Assembly: GCA_013239625.1 (NCBI GenBank)
Contig: MU054323.1
Coordinates: 14,636,029-14,700,028 of the forward strand
Origin: Lama guanicoe
Lineage: Eukaryota
Reading direction: 5' to 3'
DNA length: 64,000 bases
Under the pieces are notes generated by a model. That model had not been told where the DNA came from. It did no database searches and worked only from the letters and a program-made list of their open reading frames with translations. Made by a program: the position numbers and the translations under genes. The number at the start of each line of letters is the position of its first letter. Position 1 is the first letter of the stretch. Positions 13,701 to 24,799 of the stretch are shown here, one piece after another.

Positions 13701-14859
13701 GTAGCAAAAGGTTAATCTCCACATTTTTGCTTCCCATCTGTTTTTTTCCATTTAAACTTGTTTTCAAATAACAAAGTTGCTTTTGTTTTTGTTTCTTTTC
13801 CTCTTCTTGAACTATGGACTTGGTTTATCTGTACTGACTCTCAACAGTTCTTAGGGAATTTACTTTCTATTTGCCTTTGCATCTTTGTGTTTTTGCCACA
13901 CTAATACTGAGCCCTTGAGTTCCTGTCCCACTGGCTTTCAATTTTTCTTGCTGGGAAAATTTTGAATAGTTTCTGAGATCCTATTAAGATTTTCATTTGG
14001 ACACATCATGGCTTTTATCCATGTCGTGCTTAGTATTGTGAGCCGTCCTGAAGGTGAGCCCTAACACTACTGTGAAAAGCAAAATTAGTCCTGGTACGTT
14101 AAATGCTCTTGAATGTTACTGCTTTTGCCTGTTTGATCACATATGTTATACTTGCTTATCAAATCTAATCACAGCTTTGATACTGTGCCTTCTAGGTGAG
14201 TGATTTTAGTTAAATTGAGCATTTCTTCTTACATTTCAAACTTAGACCTCAAAATAACATTTGTGCTTTTATTGCTGTGCTAGTACATAATCTATTTTTT
14301 CTGTGTGAGGTATGAAGCAAAATTATAGTATTGTTTTTAAAGTACCAAAAATGTAGTGACTATGCTACATTTAAATTAAATCATGCAGAGAAATCACTAG
14401 CAAATTCATGTTTAAAGACAATATATTAAGAATGAAAGTTACATATGCTATATTTTTCTATTTCACATAACTCTAAACTTATCATTATTTCTAGAAGAGA
14501 TAAAATTTTAGATTCATGTTTTTAAAATAATCAGTATTTTCTTGACATAAGGAAATTACAAAATTACTAAACACACAATTTTATTAAATTATTAAACATT
14601 CAACCTTAATGGTATTTTATAAATCTGTATTATATACTTTTCTCTAAATTAAAAAAAAATTAGTCTAAGGTTTCTCTTTACCTAATCCCACTTCCTGAGA
14701 GAATTCACCAACTTCGCTGGATAATCATGGGCTGCGATGAAGACCTTTGAAAATGTATATCATATGAATTATAATTATATAAGTATGACTAGTTGTGTAC
14801 ACTTTTTTTCTACTCTTCAAGTATATAGCTGAAAAAGGCGTCAAGAGGCGAGGCTTTGA

Positions 14860-15450
14860 TGACTAACGTACCTCTGTATGGCTTTTCTTGCACCTGTCTG
14901 GTTTGGAGTTCATTGAGCTTCTTGGGTCTGCTGGTTTTTTAATCACATTCACCAAACTTTCAGTCAATATTTCTTTAGTTATGTTTTCTATGCCATTCTT
15001 TTCCTCTCTTTTTCTGAAGTTCCAATTAAATTTTTATTAGCCTCCTTGACAATGTGTCTTCAATGATTAAAGTTCTGTTCATTTATCTTGGAGGTGACCA
15101 CACTAGCTTTATCAGAACTACTAGATGGCATGAGGAGGAGCAGGATTGCAAGAGCTGGGATTTTTCTTACGTCTGAGTTTGTACAAAGAGCACTTCATAC
15201 ATTCAACTAAGGTACAGTCATGTGTGTATTAAATCAATTTTGTTGCAGTAGAGTTTTAATAAAGTAGGATAAGAGTCCTTTGACAGATAAATGAATGGTA
15301 AATATTTTCTCCTAGTCTGTGGTTTATTTTTTATTTCCTTAATGGTTTATTTTCAAAAACAGTACACTTTAATTTTTATTAAATCCGATATGTTGACTTT
15401 TTCTTTTATGTTTAGTGCTCATCCTGTCCTAACAATGAAGTTTTCATATT
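14860..15450 (-). mobile_element. Degraded L1 fragments
   Basis: ggagttcattgagcttcttgggtctg (ORF1 region) and gagtcctttgacagata...aatattttctcctagtctgtgg (ORF2 3' region). Confidence 0.6.
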
Positions 15451-16099
15451 TTAAGTTTGTCACTTTGCTTTTACAACGTGTCATGACCAGTGCTAATGTT
15501 TCAGCACTGGACTGCTCACTGCTGATGTCTGCTTCTTTAAATCAGCATTGTAGATAGCAGCAAACCCCACAAAATATTACGTAATCCTTCCCAGCTTTAT
15601 CAGGATCTCAGGAATGCCATGTCTGCCAGTATTGTGCAATGCGGCCTAAGGGAGGTCCTGAAATTGTTTGGCAAGTCTCATTTTCCATTTTGATGGTATT
15701 TTTATCTTGCTAAAAGAAGCTGTACAAAGAGCGATTAGGCAGCAAGACTGTGGATTTCTAATTGATGCCCTGGCCTTTAAATCTGCCTTCACACGAGTGG
15801 TGATGTCCTAAAGAAACACTTTACTCAAGGGGCCATTAGGCAGAAATGCTCTTTCCTGATAAATGATGTCCTGGCCTTTCAATTTGTCTTTCTCAAGGTG
15901 GTTCTCTATTTAAGGGGTACCTTGAAGATGGAGAAAGAAATGAGGAGGAGTGGGAAAGACTAAAATGTATTTCTTACCATTATCTCATGCCTAATAACCC
16001 ATGTTTTACATTTTTCTTCATCGAAGTAGGTACTTAAAAAGGAATCCATTTTATCATGAGACATTTCAGATCGATGACATCTGTACTCTGCACTCTCCT

Positions 16100-17000
16100 A
16101 TGTTCTCTTTTCTAAAGGAGACGATGGGCTGTCTTATACTTATCCCAGGCTTAGTGAGACCACCCTCTTGGAGGCTCCTTAGTGAACTTCACGTACATCC
16201 ACTGGAGGTGGTAGGCTAGTGTTTGACATGGACCTGAGGAATCTTAAGGTCTGAATGTGTAAAAGTATGGCAGTGAATCTGAGCTGGTAGGAGAGAGGAG
16301 GATTCTTCGCACTGGGAACCAGCTGTACTTCCCATGGCAGGGGACACAGGTGTGCTTCACAAAATAGAAGTGGCACATACAGGAGAAAGACCCCACTGGA
16401 AATCACTTATTATTCTGCCTCCAAGGACCAACTGTAATGGTATTTATGATCCATTAGAAAATTTAAGAAAAGAGGAAAATAAAACCAAGGAAGGACAAAG
16501 GGATGAGTAATAGACTTGTAAATACATTACTCATGATCACAAGGAATGAAGGCCAAGTTTTCTCATAGAAACTTCCCTCAAGAGAAAGACTCAATACTAA
16601 ATACCTGCCTGGCCCAGAGAGAACAAATCTATCCATAAAGGTTCCCAGTAAGGTGTGAACCTCACAGCCCCCTTACCTTTTCTCTCTCCTTCCATTTAGG
16701 CATTGGTGGGATCACAAACTGGTTAGCTATGTGAAGGAAGAGAAGAAATAAAAAGAGAAGGAAAGAGATAGAGAGCAACCATGTTCTTATCTCTGAATGA
16801 ATTACAAGAGTGCCTGCATACCTATTACCAGCCCCTAAGACATAGCTACCCTAAGTGTTATCTGTGAATAGGGACTGAAATTGACTTATCTTTTGGACAG
16901 GACACTTACAGTTACTGACTTGTGACTTAGAAGGGTGGTAGCATCTCCAAAAAGTGATAGAAAAATCATAGATCCACCTGAGTTTTAACCCACTGGTTAA
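16100..17000 (+). mobile_element. Possible ancient LTR (Gypsy-like mammalian LTR family)
   Basis: Purine-rich, moderately GC block with gggactgaaattgact...ttggacaggacact...gttactga. General resemblance only. Confidence 0.25.
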
Positions 17001-17189
17001 AATGAGAACTAACACAACAAAATAAACGTACAAAAGAGGGGGAGGCAAAAATGGCACTGCATTTTGCATGTCTTCCATGAGTCCTGCTGCTTCACCATGG
17101 CAAGGCAGTATCTTATTTCCAACATTTCTATCTCCAGTACAGTTTGAAAGAGTAGAGGTGATAGCAGGCATCCAATGGTTCTTTCTGAT

Positions 17190-18170
17190 AATTCTCAAAG
17201 TTCTTCTACAGTTTTCCCATCAGGTATTTTTACCATTGAATTTCCATTTATCCTCTTCATGAGGATTCTTAATAAAGTTCCTATCTATTTCTAGTTTGCT
17301 GGAAGTTTCCTTTACATTACAAATAAGAATTGAGCTTAATTAAATGATTTTTCCACATATATCAAGATACTTTCAGTTCTTTTTAGTATGTTAATGTGGT
17401 AAGTTTTTAAATTGCTGGGTTAAGCCTTATGTGGTTCTTATATATGACTTGAATTTTTATTCACTGGTTTTAATTTTTTTTTTAATAATTTCTGCATGAA
17501 TGTTTTGTTTTGGTATGTTTGGTATCAAGATTATGCTTTTATAGAATACAGCTTAGTGAGTTGTGTACATATACATATATGTAAATATATAATACTATGA
17601 TGATATATGTATATAATTGTATACATATGTATACGCATAATTTGTATATAATTGTTTTATGTATATATAATTGGTATATTATTATATGTATGTGTATATG
17701 CATACATATATATAATACATACCCTTTTTTTTCAGTTTTTGTACATCACTTCTTTTTTGTCGTACTTCTCTCTCATTGCCCTTTTTCTTGTTTAGATAAA
17801 TTCTTTAGTAGTTCATTCTGTGAAGGTTTATTATAATAAATTCTCATAGTCTATGTATATGTACAAATATTTTTTTTTTTTTTAGTTTCTTTCTTCAAAG
17901 ATAGTTAGCTGACTATCAAACTTCAGGCTGACAGATATGTTACCTTAGCGCTTGTGGTTATTTCTCTGTTTTCATTCATCAAAAGTCTTTCCAATTTAAA
18001 TTTTATAGGCTCTTATTCCTAATAGTTTTCATATCTTCTCTTTAGTCTTAATGTTACATATTTTGTTATTATGAGTCTAGATATGGATGTATTTCCTTTA
18101 TTCTGATAGATGTTTGATAGACTTTTCAATTTCAAAATTCTGATCTTCCCTTCTGGAAAATTCTCTTCAT
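17190..18170 (-). mobile_element. Degraded L1 fragments with an AT-rich (TA/TG) low-complexity tract at about 17560-17720
   Basis: tatttctagtttgctggaagtt, ttggtatcaagattatgct and ttcaaagatagttagctgactatcaaact are L1 antisense motifs. Confidence 0.6.
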
Positions 18171-18179
18171 TAATGTGAC

Positions 18180-18990
18180 ACCATTAATTGACTGTCTAAT
18201 GTGTGCTAAGCACTATAATAGGAATAACAGATAGAGCTGAATAAGCTTTAAAATTAGAAGGGGAGAAAAATAGGCAAATAGACCAACACAATAAAGTTGA
18301 ATAAATTCTTAAACACTAGGAGCTGTAACAAGACAAATATGAGTGCTTTGTTAATCATGACGTAAGAAAAACTGGAGGAGGAATGTTATTTGGGCCTAAA
18401 ATGAAGGAAATCCTGTCAGATGCTACAAGATAGATAAACCTTGGGGACTTTATGAGAAGCGAAATAAGCCAGTCACAGGGAGACAACTACTGTATGATTC
18501 CACATACGTGACGTTTCCAAAGTAGTCAAATGAACACAAGTTAGAAGGAGAGAGTAGAACGGTGGTTGTCAGAGTCTAGGGAGAAGAGGAAGTGTACAGT
18601 GGCTGTTCGATAGGTGCAGAGTTTCAGTCATGCAAGATGCAAAAGTTCTAGAGACCTGCTCTACAATATTACGCATACTGTACACGTAAAACATTTGTGA
18701 ATAAGGAGAGCTCATGTGACATGTTTATCATAAAAAACAAAATGGAAAATTGGAAGAGAAGGAGGTAGCCGGGGAAAAGCCACAGACAGGATCAGTACAA
18801 GGAAATGATTTTTAAAATTGAATCTCGAGAGAGCATTGGGGAAATACAGGTACTTTAGTTCAATTTGCTCAGAGCTCAGAATGCAGGCACTGGAGAACAC
18901 AGGTGGGTGCCTTCAACTCTGGTAAAGAATTCAGATTGTACTCATAAACACAGAGCATAGAGGTTTTTAAGGAAAAGTCAATATAGTCAA
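18180..18990 (-). mobile_element. L2 fragment interrupted by an L1 3' end
   Basis: attaattgactgtctaatgtgtgctaagcacta (L2 3' end, antisense); resumes after 18745 (gtaaagaattcagattgtactc...gaggtttttaagg). Confidence 0.5.
18400..18745 (+). mobile_element. L1MA/MB 3' UTR fragment
   Basis: aaccttggggactttatgagaagcgaaataagccagtcacag...tactgtatgattccac...cagagtttcagtcatgcaagatg, followed by an A-rich tail. Confidence 0.85.
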
Positions 18991-18999
18991 TATTTGGAT

Positions 19000-19201
19000 C
19001 ACAGGTTTTCAACACTGTTTTGGTATTAGAACCTTTATTTCACATATAATTTTATGTGAAATTACAACATATAAAACAGGTCAAATCCAAGGTGCTTTAC
19101 CTTGGAAAGGGGCACCACTGATTCATTCTAGGACAAAGCCTCCTCTGAGGCTACACCAGGGAAGTTCCATGCTCACATGGAGACCAGGCTGAAAACCTGT
19201 G
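19000..19201. mobile_element. hAT-Charlie-type MITE (about 200 bp)
   Basis: Perfect inverted ends cacaggttttca (19000-19011) and tgaaaacctgtg (19190-19201); interior caacatataaaacag resembles Charlie-derived MITEs. Confidence 0.6.
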
Positions 19202-19240
19202 ATAAAGAGAAATCTTAAGCTGATTATTTATCTAGCTTTT

Positions 19241-19372
19241 TGGGGGGAGGGGGGAGGTAATTAGGTTTATCTGTCTGTCTGTCTATTTATTTTTAATGGA
19301 GGCACTGGGGATTGAACCCAGGACCTTGTGCAAGCTAAGCATGTGCTCTACTGCTGAGCTATACCCTTCTCC
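19241..19372 (-). mobile_element. tRNA-derived SINE, Vic-1-like (camelid)
   Basis: Minus strand reads ggagaagggtatagctcagcagtagagcacatgcttagcttgcacaaggtcctgggttcaatccccagtgcctccattaaaaataaata...aaacctaattacctcccccc, with Pol III A and B boxes. TSD atctagctttt (19230-19240) / atccagctttt (19373-19383) at a TT/AAAA site. Confidence 0.9.
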
Positions 19373-21824
19373 ATCCAGCTTTTAATGAAAGTAAATTTTG
19401 TTCAATTATTTGTAAATACCCAAGTTATTATGCAACAGTATCTAACATGTCTCTACTGTTTTCTGACCTAGGGTTGGTGGTAGTTAATGAATAATAAAGC
19501 AACTAGTATACACTGTTTTCTAATATTTAGCATAACACTGACCTTGCTAGTGATAAAATACATTATTTAAAATGTCTTATCTGAATTATGAGGATAGTCA
19601 CTAGTCTATTTATAAATGTTCATATTTCTATAGGATTGCATATTAATTTGTTTCCTCCCAAAACTCTCTCATAGTATTATTTGCCAGATTATCAATTATT
19701 TTTCCTAGACATTTTATTTTTATGAACACTCAATTTTACATATATGTAATATATAAGATCTGTAATAAAATATATAAAGGTAAATATATGATACATATTT
19801 TAAAAGTCCATATATATATAGATATGGCATTTAATAACAGTAATATATATAGATGAATATTATAGATACATACATAGATATTGTAGACATGGCATATAAT
19901 TATACGTAGTTAATATATTTACCTTAACTGTACTTTTGAAATTAATTATACCTTTGTTTTTAAATGTATATGTATATAATGTTGTATGTCTTGCTGATAC
20001 AGTTGGAGACACTTCAGAGGGGTGTATATAAAGCTGACAAGAAGTAATTCTTTATATCAAAAGAAAAGGATAAACAGACAAAATATACTTTTAGGGAAAT
20101 ATGTTCATCACATATGTATTTGCTGTGGATGTGAATTAAAAATCTTAGTTATCTTTTGAAAATCGGATCAATTACACATATGTTTTAAATTATTAAAAGG
20201 TTATTGGGGCAAGTTTGCAAAAGTTTTCTCAAATAAGGTAAAATATCTTCTCTATAATGGATTTCAGATCTTTGATTCTGGGCAATCGGAACAGTTACCA
20301 CCTAAACTCATTGCCATGAAACATTCTGAAATTTCTAAAAGAGGGAGAGATTGAGAGAGAGAAGGAAGAGAGGGGGTGCAGTAGGGGAGAGAGGGAGGAA
20401 GGTTAACTGCTTAGCTTCTTAAACCAAAACAAAAGAATTTTCTCAATGGTATTGCCCCTAGTGTCAGGCAGTTTAATACACAAACTAAACAATTAAAACA
20501 TTGGAATGAATTTCCTCAGGGAAACAATATGTCAAGCCTAATCTGTCAAAAATAATAAAAATATAATAAAAATAGAACTTTGTCATTCAGTCAGCAAAGG
20601 CCCCAAAGAAGTTAAATTAAAGCAACAGATGAGTGCGTTGCTCTTGACTGAGAACATTTCTGATGGTGCTAATTACAGCCTTGAATACCGGCAAGTATAG
20701 GTGGTAGAAGCCTGCTAGGAGGGCTGCCGGGCTCTGAGACTGTCTACACAGGTCCCTGGGATCTGACATGGTTGACTGGTTTGCTTCTTCCAATTTGCTA
20801 CAGGCCACTGACATGACTGAATAGCAGCGGAGTCCCAGAATGTATGTTCTGAGTCTTGATCACAGGATCATATGAAGCACAATGCTCGTCACTGTTTTCC
20901 TTACTCAAACATTACACTGTGATTTAGATTTTTTTTTTTTGACAAGATAAAAGCTCTACTTGCAAATCTTCTGCCTTAACCATCCTCCTGGAATTTATTT
21001 TGAAAAGCAAAGTCTCCAACAAAGTAATGTGTCTGAATGTGCGCTGCAGAGTTGTGGACGGCTTCGTTCTTAAAGCATAAAAAGGCAAGCGAAGGCAAAT
21101 GAAGTAAATTAGTTCTTTACTTGCATTTATGTGGGTAAATAGATACTGTGTGTGTTTATGTGTGTTACTTGTGTGTTAGTAGTTCTTACTTGTCTACAGG
21201 AAAAATGGAAAAGAAGACTCACATTAAAAATGAGATATATTGCAAAGAGCCCGCTACTGGAGTCAGGAAGCTCGCCCTTCAGTTCTTCTTCTATTACTAA
21301 CCAATTATCATTTATCTGATAGGATCTGAATGATAACAGAGCTTGAACTTGACCCTAGATCTTATGATTACAGGCTATAAAGTAGATTTATACTAGTCAC
21401 CCAACAATTCTATAGCTCTGAAATGAGGACTAAAAGTCAGAGAGTATAGCTTGTGGGCCTCTGGATCAGGAAGAATTCAAGTCCGTAGCACCTTCTCTAT
21501 AATGTCTGATCTCAGATAAACCATGTAGCTCTGCTGAGTCTGTTTGCTAATCTATACAATGGTGATGTCAAATATGTCTCAAAGATTGAGGTATATGGCT
21601 AGACACTGGGACACCAGTGTAAAAAATACTCACAAGGATTTTGGCTCCCATCTCCCCATCTGGAATAGGCTTTAGGGTAGAATTTTACAAGCTCTCTTGC
21701 AATTACACTGTAATACTACAGTGGAGAAAGCTGCCTCCTCCCTTAAACCACAAAGTTAGCCTTGTTTGTTGGTGATGTTGAAGACTAACAAAACAGAATT
21801 AGATTACAATATTCCCATTATTTC

Positions 21825-22030
21825 TCTTCCTATGACCAGGAACCACTGTACGAGCTCTTCCTGCACTAACTAATGTTAACCTCATAACAACCTTGAATAT
21901 AGCTACTATTATTATCATCCCCATTTTACAGATGAGGAAACTACAACGAAGAGAGATATAACTTGCCCAAAGACCTACAGCTAGCAAACAGTGGTGTAGG
22001 AATTTAAATTCAGGTAGTCTAGCTCATAGT
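21825..22030 (-). mobile_element. MIR SINE
   Basis: Near-perfect MIR core ccccattttacagatgaggaaact...aacttgcccaa. Confidence 0.9.
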
Positions 22031-22119
22031 AATCAAGACCTGAAAGCTTGGAGTAACATTTAATTATTCTTCTTCTTATTTTTTAAATCGTACAATGCCT
22101 CCTCTTTATAAACTGCTCA

Positions 22120-22685
22120 CCCTGGTAAACATCCTGACTTGCAACCTGTCATATAGCTAACTTCAGTAGCTGTCTACTTGATCTGTCTCCTCACCTTCAT
22201 TGTTCCTCCGCAAGTCAATTTGACACAAAGCAACCAAGCTGATGTTTTAAGAATCCAGTCTCCTCTGCTCCAAAACATTCCAGAGTTCCCTTCAATCTTT
22301 CAAATAAAGTCTGCACATTTTAATCTAGTACTCAAAGCTTCCCCATATGTACTTAACTTGTATTTTTCCCTTCTGCAAATCAACCAGATTATACTTCTGA
22401 AATTGAAGGGCCTACCAGTCCCTGAAAAATACCGTGATCTTTCACACACTATGTCTCTGAGCATGCCATAGAGATACCTTCTTTTTTTCATGCCGTGTTT
22501 CTGCTACTTGGACCCTATCTCTGATTCAGGAAACAATGTAAATGTAATTTTGGCCATCAGATTTCCCTGATCCCCTCAGCCTAGAAGTCATTTCCTCTCC
22601 TCTGAGGAAATTCTGGCACAGTGTACATGCTTTTACAGTGTGCTGATAATAAATCAATAAACCATGGCAGGTGTACATGTGTATA

Positions 22686-22716
<31 letters not shown>

Positions 22717-22850
22717 TCCAGCGAGTCACTTCTCTGATATTTATATGTATATCCTACACATTTTGAATCATTTAGCTGTAAATCAATATACTTGGATCAA
22801 CTAACTATCAGGAAATATGTGTTGAATGAGTGAATGAATGAATAACTGTA
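22120..22850 (+). mobile_element. L2 3' portion, containing (TG)14 at 22688-22715
   Basis: tcctctgctccaaaacattcc motif and the L2 tail aaatatgtgttgaatgagtgaatgaatgaa. Confidence 0.7.
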
Positions 22851-24459
22851 TCAACTGTGCTGGCACTGATAGTTTCCTGCCCAGATAACTTAATTGTCTA
22901 TTCATTTTACTGATCTCGTAAGGATCTGTCAGCACGTAATAGAGGTATTAAAAAGGTACAAAAGAAGAAAAGCGACCTTGGAAAGTAGACATTTATCATT
23001 GATGGTTACCATAGAAGCCACATATCTGCAGAGACATATCGTTATCTGTATTCTACCAAAGCATTTTTGATGTATTAACAGACTTTAATAAAGACAGTTG
23101 CCATCAGTTTTACAATCAACTCTAACAGTGAAAACAAAAGTGTCAGGCATAATCCATAGTCATTGTTCTTTAAGTGAGATCAGTCATTTGACAAACACTT
23201 CTTCAATTTCCAGAGAGTGAAATTCAGAATTCTGTGTCCTCTAAGAAAGTCAAGATCTTAGAGTAAGTATCTCGTCATTAATTTAGGAAAGTTATATTGT
23301 ACAATGTCTGTTATGAAGTATGTATCAATGCATTTATGTTTATGTCCACAAAATATCTGAAATCGAAGTTTTGTTCAAATACAACATAAGTAAACACTCA
23401 CTCCACTGCATGCAGACAAGATGAGAACACCTGAGACAAAGGGAAACTCAAGAGGCAGCCCCTCACTGGCCCCTGACTCCTTTGTTGGTTTGCTCTGAGC
23501 CCTTCATGACAGACACTTTGTCTAAAGATGACAGCGTTTCATCACCTTCAAGAGATTAAAGCTCCCTTTAAAACACTGGTTCCAACACTGTTCAAATGTG
23601 TCAGCAGAGTAGCAAATTCAATAAAAATCCCTGAGGGTGAGATGCCAATTAGGTCTAAAGATGCCAAGATTTGCCCAGGAACAACCGGCAGGCTGTGGAG
23701 CTATTTAAATGGCACAGATTTCCAAGCATTCATTTATTCTCTAGTCCTATCAACCTTGGGGGATTTTTAAACTTCTTTATTCTTTTTTTGGGGGGGGCAG
23801 GGGGTGGGTTGGGCTCACTGGGGGTACATAACTCATTCCAGGTCACAGACTGAAATTATTCAGACAATGTATGACATTGCTTTTATTGGATAATGTGCCA
23901 AAATCAAAATCAGGCTCAGAAAGTCTATTTCTACTTCTTTTACTTGGGTGTTAAATTGCAGTATTCAGAACTAAAACTGTCCATTAAGCTTTGTCTGAGA
24001 AACAGTAGGGGAGTTTCAGCCTCTTATCACAGCTCAACAAAAGAAACATATAATATCTGTGAGTGTACTATATGTAAGTAGTAATTAAATAATCATTAGC
24101 TTTTGGTGAATTATTTGATAATAATAGCTATGTTTTGATCTAGCTTAATAGAGAGGTGGGCAGTGCTGTAGAAGGTACACAGGGGAAGGGAAGCAATGGC
24201 AAGGGCGTTCTCCTGAGAAGGAAGGAAGAAAACCTCTGCAGCAGAGTGTGCTGGAGCAGCAGAGCAATCCCACTGAAAACCCGGGTTATCCTCAGGCAGT
24301 TCTAGCAAATGAAGATGCAACGTACCAGTAACATCTGCTTCCCAAAGGAAAGCAATTAAGATGTGCGCGCGCACGCACACACGGACGCACACACTTATGT
24401 GTCTCGTAGTGTACGAGTACAGGAAAATAGCACTGAACCAATCCCCATTTTCAGCCTGA

Positions 24460-24620
24460 CACTGTACCCTGAGTCTTTACATATATTATCTAACTTAATA
24501 CACAAACACAGTGAGGGACAGGGATTATAATACCCATCTTACAGATGCTGTGGAACATGAAAAGAAATTCTCAAGTTCATATAGTTTCTCAGTCAGTGAG
24601 CTAGAATTTTAATGGAAAGG
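24460..24620 (-). mobile_element. MIR SINE, diverged
   Basis: attataatacccatcttacagatg core. Confidence 0.6.
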
Positions 24621-24627
24621 TAACTCG

Positions 24628-24631
<4 letters not shown>

Positions 24632-24684
<53 letters not shown>

Positions 24685-24685
24685 A
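24632..24685. repeat. Compound (CT)14(CA)13 microsatellite
   Basis: Directly visible. Confidence 0.95.
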
Positions 24686-24799
24686 ACTGTAACTTGCAGA
24701 ATGGGGCAAATATTAGTTCACAGAATCAGAATTTAGCTAATCTATGTCAGAACTGATACCAGGTGTTTTATGACTTAAAATGGAATTTAATCAATATTA

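Noticed and set aside
19300..19372. tRNA gene
   Set aside because: It is the tRNA-derived head of a SINE, with a tail and TSD.
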